A stretch of DNA of 64,000 nucleotides from Eledone cirrhosa (taxonomy: Eukaryota), in NCBI GenBank assembly GCA_964016885.1, contig OZ024741.1, positions 345,278,001-345,342,000 on the forward strand, given 5' to 3'. A program made the translations under genes and the position numbers. Positions 30,494 to 49,684 of this stretch are shown one piece after another (positions within the stretch are counted from its first letter, which is position 1; every line of letters starts with the position of its first letter). The notes beneath the pieces were generated by a model that worked only from the letters and a program-made list of their open reading frames with translations, ran no database searches and was not told where the DNA came from.

Positions 30494-32289
30494 TAAAATA
30501 ACAGATTAAAGTTTAAGCAAAGAATCGCTGCTTTCACCCTTAACGGGATCTTCTGAAACTAACAAAGTCAATCTGTAAACACAGAACTGGATATTTCAAA
30601 AAACGTTGCAACCGGAGGAAGACAGGAAGACGATACTTTGGTTCGTGGAAAAGTTCGCTGGCAAAGAACGGGAAAAAACGAATATGTGCCTAAAGTAGAA
30701 ACAATTAATAGGAGCGGTGAAAAACAATTACGCACAAAGACAGAACCACGTTTATGGTATAAAAGAGGTCGTAGACTAATGTTCTCTTAGGTGGTGCATA
30801 GAGACGTTCTCTGGCAATGAACGAAAAAACGAAGATAATACGTCATATGTGGAGCGTGGAGAACAATAGCACGCAAAGACAAAACCACGTAAATGGTATA
30901 GCAGAAGTCGTAGACTAAAATTCTAACTCGGAGACCAAATGAATCTCCGCTACAGAGTTAAGAACAAAGTAAATAAATACAATACAGAAGTAATAGAAAT
31001 AAATAAATACATACACGCAAACAAATACGTACATACACAAGCATACGCAAAACCTTACAATAGGTATACAAAACCACGCACATATAAATATGTGTGTGTG
31101 TGTGTATGTGTGTATACAAATAAATAAATAATTATATAAACGTATATAAATAAATAAATACTTACATAACAAGCGCACACACACACACCCACATATAAAT
31201 ACACGAATGTTCGGAGACGTAAGTCAACTAAAACAAGAAGTACACAAATACACAAACCCACCATACGTACGAACCTGCATACTCACACAGACGCAAAACT
31301 CCCGTATACACATAGCCAAACCCTATGTCCCAGAATATAAAATTATACGCCATAACAATCAAATATACGTACGAGAAGGTATACGTACCTTCACAAAACA
31401 TACGGGTAATATATACTTACCTATGCAAATAAGTAAAGGAATAAACAAAACATATACTTAGCTCCCACATCAAGACGTAAAATATCCACGTATAGATCGT
31501 ACTATCCGTTAGGGTATAACGTGGGGCTGTAATACAGGAAAGTTTTGTGCAATTTATGTTTACAAGCCGAAATTGCCTCAGATTTTTTGTTTAAGATGTG
31601 GTCTGTGGCGTAGAGTATTTCCAGGGCGTGGTTTTGTATACCTATGGTAAGGTTTTGCGTATGCTTGTGTATGTACGTATTTGTTTGCGTGTATGTATTT
31701 ATTTATTTCTATTACTTCTGTATTGTATTTATTTACTTTGTTCTTAACTCTGTAGCGGAGATTCATTTGGTCTCCGAGTTAGAATTTTAGTCTACGACTT
31801 CTGCTATACCATTTACGTGGTTTTGTCTTTGCGTGCTATTGTTCTCCACGCTCCACATATGACGTATTATCTTCGTTTTTTCGTTCATTGCCAGAGAACG
31901 TCTCTATGCACCACCTAAGAGAACATTAGTCTACGACCTCTTTTATACCATAAACGTGGTTCTGTCTTTGAGCGTAATTGTTTTTCACCGCTCCTATTAA
32001 TGACGTATTATTCGTTTTTTCCCGTTCTTTGCCAGCGAACTTTTCCACGAACCAAAGTAGCGTCTTCCTGTCTTCCTCCGGTTGCAACATTTTTTGAAAT
32101 ATCCAGTTCTGCGTTTACAGATTGACTTTGTTAGTTTCAGAAGATCCCGTTAAGGGTGAAAGCAGCGATTCTTTGCTTAACTTTAATCTGTTATTTTAAT
32201 AAATATTTGCTCTACGGTTCTTATATATTTGATATATATTTATCCTTATCGAGCCCTCTTTGGATTTTAGTCTTCAAATTTATTATTAT

Positions 32290-32293
<4 letters not shown>
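30488..32293. mobile_element. Long inverted-repeat pLTR element (family H), arms about 590 bp
   Basis: 30488-31080 is the reverse complement of about 31627-32203. HHR-like motifs lie at 30510-30560 (minus) and 32133-32182 (plus). Confidence 0.8.
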
Positions 32294-32359
<66 letters not shown>

Positions 32360-32648
32360 GTGAGGTTTTTTTTACAAATTGAAAAATAACCGATGTGTCC
32401 TACACGAGTGAATGTATAAAGAAAAAGAGATGAAATCGAAAATGCAACTGGAGTCTTATTTTTTTTAAAAATATATATATTTATTTGGTTCCTTTACCGG
32501 TTTCGCAGTTCTTCTGCTTTTCAAAAGGTGAGTTGAGATGGAGGGTCTGTGGTTTTTCTCACATCTATATTTGTATGGTTGCATGAAAAATGCGTCCGTA
32601 TGTGGTATGCCGGTTGACCACAGAATCGGAGACGAACTCATATACTAA

Positions 32649-32740
32649 GCATATCTGACGACCTTTCGATTACAGAGTCAGGTTCGATCTATAATAGGTC
32701 TTGCCTCGAGCTGATCCATAGTGAAACATATGTAATATGT
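32649..32740 (+). ncRNA. Type I hammerhead with a 61-nt helix II domain (family G)
   Basis: GCATAT-CTGACGA-[61 nt]-GAAACATATGTA-ATATGT. Confidence 0.75.
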
Positions 32741-32967
32741 TATTAAATATATTATGATGCAACACTGAATCCTTGCTCCTTATCCTTATAATATATATAT
32801 ATATATAGTTTTGCGAGGTTTTTGATATGAAATCGTGTGTCTAATCTTATTTCTAATTTTATTTCTAGCTATGGTGAACTGGGCCTCTGTCTCGTCATCT
32901 ATTTGTTGTGGTATACAAACCCTTTTATTAAAGGGTAACCTCGTAGGATAAATATTACCCATCGTAT

Positions 32968-35647
32968 ATGTTTATTATTATTATTGTTATGATTGACAAC
33001 AAAAACAAGAAACATAATAATAAAAGTAACAACCACAATGGTATAAATAACAGTAACAACAACAATAACAATAGAGAAAACAACAGCAATACATCTAACA
33101 ATCATAACAACAATACATCTAGCAACCATAACAATAATAATAATGTTAATGATAGGAACAACAACAACCACCATAATAACAATAATAGCAACACACACAA
33201 CTATGACGATAGATATAATGACAACCCCTTAGAGAAACTGTTCTTCAATCCAGCTGACAAAACATATAAGATGGGTAATATTTATGCTACGAGGTTACCC
33301 TTTAATAAAAGGGTTTGTATACCACAACAAATAGATGACGAGACAGAGGCACAGTTCACCATAGCTAAAAATAAGATTAGACAAATAGTAGACCGATATA
33401 CTAAGAGACAAAGCAGACCAGAGGTCCAACAACTTGGGAGGAAACCTGTAGAAGGCTTAGTTAGCCTCAAGCAGCGCATAAAGGATGGTGCGGTAGTATG
33501 TCTACCCACGGATAAGTCTGGTAGGATGTCAATAGACAGCATGCCGAACTACATCAAGGCTATGCAACCCCACATCACCAACACGAGCGAAATTACACAG
33601 CAAATACATGAGAGGAGAGAGAAAATCCTCAACGCTCACATGATGATGTGGACCGACATCCTAAAGCCAAGCAGACGCACTGGCAACAACTTCCAGGCGT
33701 CTAACAATGACATACCACCATTGTATGGGCTCCGCAAAGACCATAAGACAGTCGACGACCCGACAACAGGACCACCAACAAGACCTGTATGCAGAGCCAA
33801 TATCGCTAGCAACTACAGGATCTCCTACTTCCTCTCAATGGTTATACGCCCCATAATCAAGATGTCCCCAGATGTATGTGACAGTACAGAGGACCTCCTC
33901 AGCAGAATCAGTGAGTGCAACAAAAACAGGAACCTATCCAACTGCATAATATGCAGTATGGACGTGGTATCACTGTACCCATCCATTAACATTGATTTTG
34001 CTGTGGAAAAATGTGAGGAGATGATCAGTGAGAGTGAGGTGGAGTTCTGCGACGTCGAGACAGACGAACTGGGCCTCCTACTTAGACTTACCTATGACAC
34101 AGACTACCTAGACAGTCATGACCTTAGCCGTTTCTGCCCCATAGACCCATAAGAGGTAGATCCCCCCCACCCACCCACCCCACCCCCCACACACACACCA
34201 TAACCTCACTGGCAAAAAAGACGCCCATGGGAAGGTGGATTGTGTGGACCAAAGCTATACGAACCCCCCAAAACAATGATCAGGTAAGAAAAATGGTCGC
34301 ACATGCAATAGGGGCTAGTATTAAAATTACCCTAAAGGGCTACATATTCAAATTCAACGAGAAGATCTACACCCAAAATGAGGGAGCAGCCATTGGCGTC
34401 AGCGTAGCTGGTGACGTTGCCAACCTTTTTATGGTATGGTGGGAAAGGAGACTCAAAGATCTCCTTGATGAGAGCTCCATAGACCTCATCATGTACTCTC
34501 GTTACGTAGACGACATCAATATAGTAATAAGGACATCCCCACAAGAGAGTACTAAAAAGTATGATTTAGAATGTAGCACAATTGAAAGCATCCAGCAGTT
34601 AGCTAATTCCATATACCAGAGTATAACTAACTATCGACTACCCTTCCAAACATCCTAACAATAGACTACTTGTATTAGACACGGAACTCTGGATTAACAC
34701 TATAGACGAGAGAGCTCAAATTCTTCACTCACACTACGCTAAACCCATGGCCTCCATATACCTGATACTCAAAAACTCAGCAATGTCCAGTAGTGCTAAG
34801 TTTAATATTCTGATTGCAGACTTGGTACGAGTGACGAAGAACGTGTCCCGCATGTGCGACCCAACAGAAATGGAAAGACGCATCCAACACTTCATCAACC
34901 GCATGCAGTTCTCTGGCTACAACCAAAGAGACAGAATCAGAGTATACGAAGGAGCCACGGAGAAGTATAAGACCCTCATAGAACTGGACATGAAAGGAAT
35001 TTGCCCATTATACAGGAGCAAATCATGGAATAGCTTAGATAGAACTAAACATAAGATAGGGAAAGCCACCGCACGACAACCAGAGATACCAGAGTGTCAT
35101 GTTCGTAGACGCTACCCCTGGAGGGAAATTAGCTAACCAGTGTAGAAAGGCCCTGAGAAAGACCCACTTAAAGATTAAGGTGGTAGAAAAGCCAGGAACC
35201 ACCATAAAATCCCTGATCAGCAAAACATACCCTTTTAAGAAAACCTACTGTACTAATAGGAAATGTATTATATGTAAAGTAAACCCCCGGATAAACTGTG
35301 AAACTAGAAACGTAGTCTATAGCATAAGATGTACAGAGGGTTCTTGCAGACACATGACAACATACATAGGCGAGACAGCTCGTAGCATTGGTGAAAGGAT
35401 AGACCAACACTGGGGGGAACTAAATGGACGAAAAAACGGTTCAGTACTATACGAACACGCCAGACAACAACACGACGGTAACATAGACAACATAGAAATT
35501 AAAATAATATCTAAACATAGAAATGACCCAGCAGATAGGCAAATCAGAGAGGCCAGTGAAATAGAACTTAGAACGCCAAAGCTAAACAGAAAAAATGAAT
35601 GGAATAACAACACCCAAACAAACAATACTGACCTAAGAGAAATATAA
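32968..35647 (+). pseudogene. Frameshifted PLE RT + GIY-YIG ORF
   Basis: PTDKSG, PPLYGLRKDHK, SMDVVSLYPSI, QNEGAAIG, YSRYVDD, MQFSGY, NVVYSIRC and TYIGETARSIGERIDQH. Confidence 0.92.
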
Positions 35648-35652
35648 ATAAA

Positions 35653-37861
<2,209 letters not shown>

Positions 37862-38351
37862 TAAATAAATAAATAAATAAATACATACACAAGCACAATA
37901 ACAACAAACACATATAAACACACACTAGTAAACTAAGATAGAATACAATAACCAAAACACAGTCACCCAAACACGAACACACATCAAACACTATACACAT
38001 ACGCAAACGCATACGCAGAGAAGAAGACAAAAATAAATAAATAAACAGATTAAATAAAGATGGCGTAGATATACAATACAACAGGAGGAAACATAATAGC
38101 ACCTCTGACGATGTTGCAGATGTGCAACGAAAGAACTTTGTTAGAATATATATATGTGTTTGTGTCTATATTATATCTGTATTTTTGACCGTTGGTCAGT
38201 CAATGGTAACATTGAGGACCGAATAAATTAACTGATATAAAAGATACAGAAGTGAAAACCAACCAAACAGTGAGTGTGTTCTGTTATTAATTCTGGCAAT
38301 ATTATTACAACAATATGACCCTCCCTAAGTATAACAATATATATATATATG

Positions 38352-38447
<96 letters not shown>

Positions 38448-39679
38448 GAATAAAATAAAACAAAGTTGTTGATGGAATTAAGTCATCGTAAACAATACTA
38501 CAAATCAAGTATTAGATATGTATACATTTATTTTTATTTTAAAATTTTAACTTCATATTGAAATATTGTCAGCTCGTCAGAAATAAATAAGTAGCAAATT
38601 AGTGTAGAGGAAACGTTAGAAATACAATACAGACCTGCCAACTTCTAAAAACCCGAACGGGGAGTACCATGAAGAAAAGTGCACCAAAACGAAGAGTATG
38701 AGGCCAAATCAGGAGAGTTTAAATAATAAAAGACCCATTTTCACAAGAGAAGACATCTCTCACCCACCTCAAAACGGGTGGGAGATCTCCCCGTCGGAGT
38801 TCAAATCCTGCCGAGGTTAACTTTGCCTTTCATCCTTACGGCTGTACTAGTAATGCACTGGGGTAGTTGCTGGCCTTGTGCTTAAAATAGAAACAATTAC
38901 ATTATTGCACTATCTGATTTGTATCATTTCTCTCGTGCTCTCTGTTAAACAATTTCACTTCATTCCATTTTTCCTTTGACCCTCCAGGGTCGTGGTGTCA
39001 CTGTTTTACAGCGTATCTTGGTCAAATACAGTCCGGCTGAGCTCATCCCACGCTGGGTTTGGCCACTACCAATATCCTCCAGCTAGGTGGTTCGATTTGG
39101 TCATGGAGACGTTGCCATTGAATTTCTTCAAGGAAACACGTCCGCCTTGGCCTTTGATTCTAAATACCAAGAAATTCATCCGCCCAGTAAAGCGATGCTA
39201 ATTGTAAGGTATTTAATCCTTTATTTGTTATGACAGTCCATAATAAAATTTCAATTATTTTTTAGACAGTTTCTGTGATTCTTTATAAATTATGTTCCAG
39301 GTAAATTTACCGTATTTGGGTTTTGTTCTAGTTCTGTATATCTCTAGTTTTACAGCCTAAAGCGTTGGAGACCTTTGGGGTAGCTGGGCCGCTGACAACA
39401 AAGTTCTTGTCATTTTCGGTGCTTCACCTTATCAGGGTATCTGGTGATGCCTACGAGATGCTTATTCTAGCACCTCATCCTCGCTATCCCCCGCATCAAT
39501 GCTTCTAATATATTGGATTGCCAAAATTGTTTTTTCTCTTCCTCCCATTATTTATTAATTCAATATATACATATATATTAAGTCTGAATATAATGGAATT
39601 AAATTCCCATTGTCACAGGGTCTGTCTCTCTTGCTCTCACCATCTTTTACTGTTATAAGCAAATGGGAGCCCACGCGTT

Positions 39680-40095
39680 GTCCGCCACGCTGCCCCGGCG
39701 AACAGAATATAGAAGGTGTTTCCCCGGAAGATGGTGAGGGAGACTCATTGGAAGAGTTATTCCAGCTCGCAAGGCTTACACCTGTTGGTAGCCAACTCGG
39801 TGCCGATGGTGGTGAGTAGGGAGGTGGTCCTAGGGCTAAAGACACCAGAAGTGTCCACTGCTACAAGCTAAACCACAAATTTGTCGGAAAGTGACCGATA
39901 TTTGGTGAGTTTGCCCTCCTCGGCCCGAAGTGCAGCAGAGCCTGGGCTAGTCGCAGACTGCAACAGGTTACCGCTGGAGAAAGTGTTGCTTCATGTGGCA
40001 TCCCAGATGAAGGGATTACGACCGCGGAACGGGAAGATGGTTATAGCGTCTGGTCTTTTACCGTTGCCTCGTTCCAGCTCCGAAAGAGAAATCAA
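39680..40095 (-). pseudogene. CRE-type non-LTR retrotransposon REL endonuclease fragment
   Basis: LERGNGKRPDAITIFPF...IWDAT*SNTFS...GSAALRAEEGKLTKYRSL...VAVDTSG...IFRGN, with stops. Confidence 0.8.
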
Positions 40096-40387
40096 GCGTC
40101 CCTTGCTATGGACGTGTGATTGGGAGTGTGAATCTTCTTCCCCTTCTTTTTTATTTCCTCTCTTTGAGTGGGAGATTGACAGTATTGGCTGAGTGTCGGA
40201 CAGCATGCTTTGTGGCATTTAGTTACGGCCTTTTACATTCTGATGTTAACCTTGATGTTAACTTTGCCTTTCATCATTAAGGGATCGATAAAATAGAGTA
40301 TCAGTAATGTACTGGTGTCGATTTAATTGACTTTCGTCTTCCCTTTATTGGCCTTGTGCCAATGTTAGAAAGAATTATTTCCCCTCT

Positions 40388-41833
<1,446 letters not shown>

Positions 41834-42129
41834 TAAACGGAATAGAAAATGCTGACAAATTGTTCACAGTGAAAAATAGTTTAATTAGGAATAAGTGAGA
41901 ATTAGTAATAGTATTGGTTAGTATTCAGTTTTGATTTTTAGTTTTACCGGTTGCGCATTTCTAATGCTTTTCAAAAATAATTTTGAGATAGAGCGTCCGT
42001 GATGTTTGCTCTGATCAGACATAGTGCAAGTAGCTGGAACCAGTGGTTGTACATTCTACTAAATCTAAAGCTTAGTGCGTTAATTCATGCATGCAAACAT
42101 ACATATATAGACAGAGACACACAAGCATA

Positions 42130-43012
<883 letters not shown>

Positions 43013-43097
43013 TATGTATATATTTATATACTTACACACGAACTACTGACCAAATAATATTTGACATCTGTCAAATCAATTAGTGGTGAAGGTGGTG

Positions 43098-43131
<34 letters not shown>

Positions 43132-43146
43132 TATATATATGTATAT

Positions 43147-43845
43147 CACTCTTATCTCGGGAACAATTTTGAATGGCGCCAGTTCGTGATTTGTATTCGG
43201 GAAATTTATATTCTCCGAGCGAAAAGAACCCTCTGACGAGAGTCTTCCTTTTCAATGGATTTCCGCATGGATTATCCATTTATTTTGAGACTTGAAACTG
43301 CGCGGTAAGGGTAATTACAGCAGTACAGTGAACTTTTTAAAATTTATTTTAAAACTTTTTCTTATTTGCTAAACCTTGATTATATATGTTCTGGCTCGTT
43401 AATTTATTAACCTGCCATAGAACCACATTGGCATACGGTTGGATATTGGCATGCATGTAGGGATACATACTTTATTATTATTAATCTCCCCTAGTCGAGA
43501 TAACATTTTGGTCGTTTTAACTGCTGCTATTTCTAGTGGCAGTAGATTGACCTTTCCGCCTCTGCCTTCTATCTTTACACACGGCACTAGACAGAATTGC
43601 CTCTTCATCATACACTCTCATCTCGGGAACAATTTTGAATGGCGCCAGTTCGTGATTTGAACTTGGGAATTTTATATTCTCCTAGCGAAAAGAACCCTCT
43701 GACGAGGGACTTCCTTTTCAATGGATTTTCGCATGGATTATCCATTTATTTTGAGACTTGAAACTGTACGGTAAGGGTAATTACAGCAGGTACAGTGAAC
43801 TTTTTAAAATTTATTCTAAAACTTTTTCTTATTTGCTAAACCTTG

Positions 43846-43850
<5 letters not shown>
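43147..43850 (+). repeat. 1.5-unit tandem repeat (466-bp unit) with two HHRs (43228-43312, 43694-43778)
   Basis: ACCCT-CTGACGA-[54 nt]-GAAACTGTACGGTA-AGGGT. The duplicated segments are 43147-43385 and 43613-43850. Confidence 0.85.
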
Positions 43851-43918
<68 letters not shown>

Positions 43919-44510
43919 GAGTACAGCATCAGCGAAGCTCTGGTTGCAGCCAAGCTAACGAATGCAGTATCGGTGTGCAGCTAAGCACTCAATAGGGTAT
44001 ATAACGTTTAGACAGCTTTGCAAATTGAAGACAGCGACCGATAGACGGGCCGCAGTGACCATAGCGACGAAAAAGACTGAACTCAGGAAAAAATGGATCG
44101 TCACGTCGACATCATACACAACATATAATATATACCATATAACATACATCACATATAATCTATAATATCTCCACTAGGTTTCTGTAAATCCGAAATCGAC
44201 AAAATCCACTTGCAGGGGTCTGCAAGTTAATGGTTTTTGAAGATAGAACAATGGAGTTTACTTCGTCAACAAGTTTTTCGTTCTCGTCCGCTCGGGTGTG
44301 AATGCTAGAGTAAGCGCTGCTAGCAAGCACATGGTTTTCCCAAAGGAGGTAACTCCCGATTTTGGCGATCAATTCAAATTTGGAACAAAGGAATAAAATT
44401 CCTTTACACAAACCGAATTAAGCACTCAAACAAACAAACAATTAATCGATCAATAGAATTGTCTAATTAAATTAATCAATTAATTGTTAATTCTAGTAGA
44501 TAATAATACA

Positions 44511-44569
<59 letters not shown>

Positions 44570-44698
44570 TATATATATATGTATACATATATATGTATAC
44601 ATATATATGTATATATATATATATATATACACACACATATATATATGTATACATATATATATATGTATACATATATATATGTATACATATATATATGT

Positions 44699-44817
<119 letters not shown>

Positions 44818-44841
44818 CATATATATATACATATAAATATG

Positions 44842-44877
<36 letters not shown>

Positions 44878-45587
44878 TACATATATATATATATATCTAT
44901 ATCCAAAATTAAGATAAATCAAAATGAATTTAATCTAAATCAAAATTATGGGTGTCATGCCACAAGGCATGCGCCATATTGTGGCATGACACCCATAATT
45001 TTGATTTAGATTAAATTCATTTTGATTTATCTTAAATTTGGATATAGATATATATACGGCTCCTTAATTGTAGAGCTAACTCTGTTGAAAGGACTTGACT
45101 TCTGTTTCTAGTTGTCGATAACCCTATTCACGCCACTGGGACGAAGCTGGTATAATGTGTGTATTTTTAGTAGATACAACACGTGTTACTGGCCAGTCGC
45201 TGATTTGAACTTAATGCGTAAACACAGACAGCCGGACTTCTTCCTTGTTGAAAATCCAAGTATCGGCATCCATGGTTTACCATTCGATTAATTGGTGAAA
45301 TATATTTCTTTAATGGAATATATACAGGGAATATTAATCATATTATAAGGTATCTATTTTTGAAGTTCTAGTTAACTTTATTTAGTTACCTACCTAGCTA
45401 TGTAGGTAACTAAATAAAGTTATAGGTAACTTATAAAGTTGTAAGTAACTTATAAAGAATATCGAAAACGATGAGTTGTAATAAAATGAAAACGAAATTT
45501 CATTTCTCACTCTTAGTACGGCACTTACTTAAATGTAAGTATATATGTATACGTACATACATATATGTATACAGACGTACAGTAGCA

Positions 45588-45652
<65 letters not shown>

Positions 45653-45835
45653 ATTGGCCAACGGTTAAAAATCTAGATATGAATATATATATATATAGTG
45701 TCTATCAAAGTTCTTTCGTCACACACCTGTGGTATCATCAGTGGTACTATGAATATGTTTCCTCTCGTTGTATTGTAATGTCTACGCCATTTTGATTTAT
45801 TTATTTATTTATTCATTTATTTATTCTTGTCTCTG

Positions 45836-45883
<48 letters not shown>

Positions 45884-46582
45884 GAGTTTAGATGAGCTGA
45901 TAATACAACCATATAAGGGCAAAGAAGATTTTAAAGCTTAATGTGATTATATAGTTGTCCACAGCTAGATAAGTAAAGGACAATACAGAGTTTAATCCAA
46001 CCGGTAAATTTCCAGGCACAGTAGTTTTACAATATCATAGAGCATATGCATATAAATGAATAAAGAATAACCAGGATTTAAATTAAATCTTACTTATTAT
46101 TTATTCATTTACACACACACACACACACATACACACACATACACAAACAGACAGACACACACACACACACACATATATATATACAGACACACGCATGCAC
46201 ACATATACATGTACACATGTACATGCACACATATATATATATATGTGTGTGTGTGTGTAAATGAATATATATATATATATCCATATATAGTTGGCGGCCA
46301 AGAGAAAAGAGTACTCAATACCGAAGTACAGTTTAAATATTCATTTTATAAAGATAAATAGTGAGCCTTGTTACTCTGGAGTTTTGCCTGCTTCTTACAG
46401 TGCGGGGACCTTAATAAAATTAATATATATATATAACTGAGATTTGTGGCTTGCTTGAAGCATTGTTTAATAGGAAACACAAATTTAAATTTGAAGACCA
46501 ACACAATGCGTTTGAAGTATGTTTAAAAACCCATTATCAAGAGAGTAACCCCATGAGAGATTTAAAAATCGATCGGATTTGT

Positions 46583-46635
<53 letters not shown>

Positions 46636-46960
46636 TTAATATAGAAAACGCTTCTACGGATCTAGAACTATTTCATTCGAAGGAAATCATCAGGGCTTTC
46701 CTGATGATAAATATAATTCCTTACACGTGTTTCAAGTGAGTTATACATCAAATTATTGGAAGAATGTTACGTGAATTTCGTATAATCATAATCTATATAA
46801 ACAAAATAATATACAGATTTATAATTTGTACTTAAAAAATGTTAGATTGAAGCAAAATATATCCGAAATTCATTTCTCAACAAACAAACTACTTGGCAAT
46901 TAAACACTATCTATATAATTTTTTACATACATTTGAGTTTTCTATATATATGTTTACCTT

Positions 46961-47006
<46 letters not shown>

Positions 47007-47152
47007 TTCCTGATGATTTCTCACGAATGAAACAGTTCTAATCCTGTAGAAGCTTTTCTATATTAAAACATTTATAATCTGCTATGTACCTTACTTACTG
47101 TAGTTACCCCCTTCAACCCAGAATAACTTATATATATATATATATATATATA

Positions 47153-47400
47153 TTATAAGCTTTCACCGTATTTTAGACTAAAGAAATTTCTAGCCTGATA
47201 GTGGGGTTTATAACCCTCGGAGAAATGGAAAAAGATGAGTGTTGCCGTATGTACGGCAACACTCATCTTTTTCCATTTCTCCGAGGGTTATAAACCCCAC
47301 TATCAGGCTAGAAATTTCTTTAGTCTAAAATACGGTGAAAGCTTATAATTCCTAATTTCTAATTTCAAACTCGCGCACCGTTTCAAAAACATACTTACAT
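47153..47400. mobile_element. Fold-back insertion of the same family and with a similar axis as 41036-41252
   Basis: Near-perfect palindrome at 47153-47348, centred on CCGTATGTACGG. Confidence 0.8.
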
Positions 47401-47469
47401 GTTTACGTTTATAATTTGCTTGTATATATATATATATATATGCTTGTGTGTGTGCGCGTGTATATATAT

Positions 47470-49684
47470 ATCCTCCTTCCAACAAAAATCTAGTGCAATT
47501 CGAGGAAGAGTTAACTAAAATTATAAAAAATCTTAAATTCAAGAGATACCCTTACAAAGGACAAGAGCACCTTGTAAATCTCAAGAACACAATTTCAAAC
47601 CTAAATTTCTCAAAAAATGTTTTAGTACACTCTGACAAAACCAATAATTTATATGGTATTTCCAAGGATAATTATAACAACCTTATCCTAAAGGAACTTA
47701 GGAAAAAATATCGTAAAACCAGCCATGATAATTTAGAATACATAAACTTTGAAGCCTCTGAGATTATGTCAAAACTTGGCATTGAAAAAAAGACCGAACC
47801 ATTCCTCCCAAGAACTCCGAGGATAAATCTCAAGGATCACAAAAACAATTTTCGCACTGAACTACCTGTTAGATTAATCGCCCCCTCTAAATCAGATCTG
47901 GGGGTTGTTAGTAAAGCCATCTTGGATAGAATTATCCCACAGGTTCGTTCTAATTGCTCTTCTTTGAACTTAAATTTATGGTTTGGTACTTCTGAAGTGA
48001 TTGGCTGGTTCAACAAATTGAATAATAAAAACAAACTAAAATTTGTTCAATTTGCTATTGCCAGCTACTATTCTTCTATTTCGCCTTCACTTCTCAATAA
48101 TGCTCTATCTTTCGCACTTAAATATACTGACATCACCACAGATGAACTTCACATCATTCTCACCGCACGTAAAACCATCCTAGAGTTCAACAATGAATAT
48201 TGGACCAGAGCCGATACCTCTAACAACTTCGACATCACAATGGGAGCATCCGATTCATCCCAATTGACAGATTTAATTGGTATCTTTATTTTGAACTCTT
48301 TGAGTCGGAAAATTCCTCAACTTCGCGGTGGAATTTATCGTGACGATGGACTCTTTACTATCTTAAATTGCAACATAGTTAACCTTAATATTATTAAGAA
48401 CAATATACGTAATCTCTTTAACCAACATAACCTAAAAATTGAATTTGATAACAGCATCAAACTAGCTAATTTCTTGGATGTATCTCTTAATCTTGACACT
48501 GGCCTATATTACCCTTACCATAAAAACAACGAGAACCTAAATTATGTTAATTTTAAATCTAACCATCCTACTAATATCAAGAATTCTATAGTTAGTAATA
48601 TTGGAAAAAGAATATCTAACCTATCTTCTAATAAAAACATCTTTGATGCTAACGCCAATTACTATAACAACGCGCTATCCTGATAAATTACTATAAAGCC
48701 GGCTATCCTGATAAAATCAAATATAGTAAAGAAACAAATTCTAGAAGATCTTACAGTAGAATAATTAATCAAGATCATTCCAATAACTTCAATAAAAGAC
48801 CTAGATACAAAAACATAATCTGGTATAATGCTCCTTTCTCCATCTCTATTAATAATAATATTCCTAAATTATTCTTTAGTGGTGCCTTAAATAAATGCTT
48901 CCCTCCCTCACATATCTATAGTAAAATATTTAACAAACACACTATAAAATTTTCCTATTCATCATCCTCCAACATTTCCAACATTATCTCTAAACGCAAC
49001 AATAAAATACTAAATACTAAATCTCTTCCTTCCAACACTGAATATCATAATAATAGTAATAGTACTCCCGACGTCATTGTAAACCCTAGGCTAATTTCTG
49101 CAAACCCAAATACAACGTCAAACACAACTTCGCTAAATGTTCTTAATCCCATTCTAAATCAAGAAACTATTATTCCTATCGCAAATAACTTCTCCAATCC
49201 AATTCCTTCTATAGATAACACTAGGTCACTCGTTAATAATCTCTCTAATCGCAATTGCAATTGCCCTGTTAAAAATAAATGTCCTCTCAACAACCATTGT
49301 CTTGATAAAAACTTAATTTACGAATGTAAAGTTATAACTGACACCAATTCCTTCACCTATTTTGGCTCCACTTCCACCTCCTTTAAAGCTCGTCTTTATA
49401 ACCATCATTCGTCTTTTAAATACAAACTTAAAAGAACCAACACGGCTCTCTCAGAACTCATATGGTCCTTGAAAGACAAAAATATTAAATATAGCATCTT
49501 TTGGAAGAAGGTTTATTCTGCGTCTCCATACTTGAACAGTTCTCTATCCAAGATTTGCAATCTCTGTCTAAATGAAAAATTTACCATTATATCTAATTTA
49601 GATTCTATAATAAATAGACGCACTGACTTGTTTTCTATCTGCTTGCATAAATTCCACAAAACATTCCACAAAGTATACAGCTAA
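47470..49684 (+). pseudogene. PLE RT + GIY-YIG ORF, disrupted
   Basis: SDKTNNLY, LKDHK, MGASDS, GIYRDDG, NFLDVSL, WYNAPFS, CNC..CPL..CL, CNLCLNEK and CLHK. Confidence 0.9.

Noticed and set aside
38988-39205. Plus-strand exon after a polypyrimidine-CAG
   Set aside because: All frames stop and no product is recognisable. It is probably a decayed element next to the CRE fragment.
48681-48683. TGA ending the 411-aa ORF as recoding
   Set aside because: It arises from a local duplication of GCTATCCTGATAAA.
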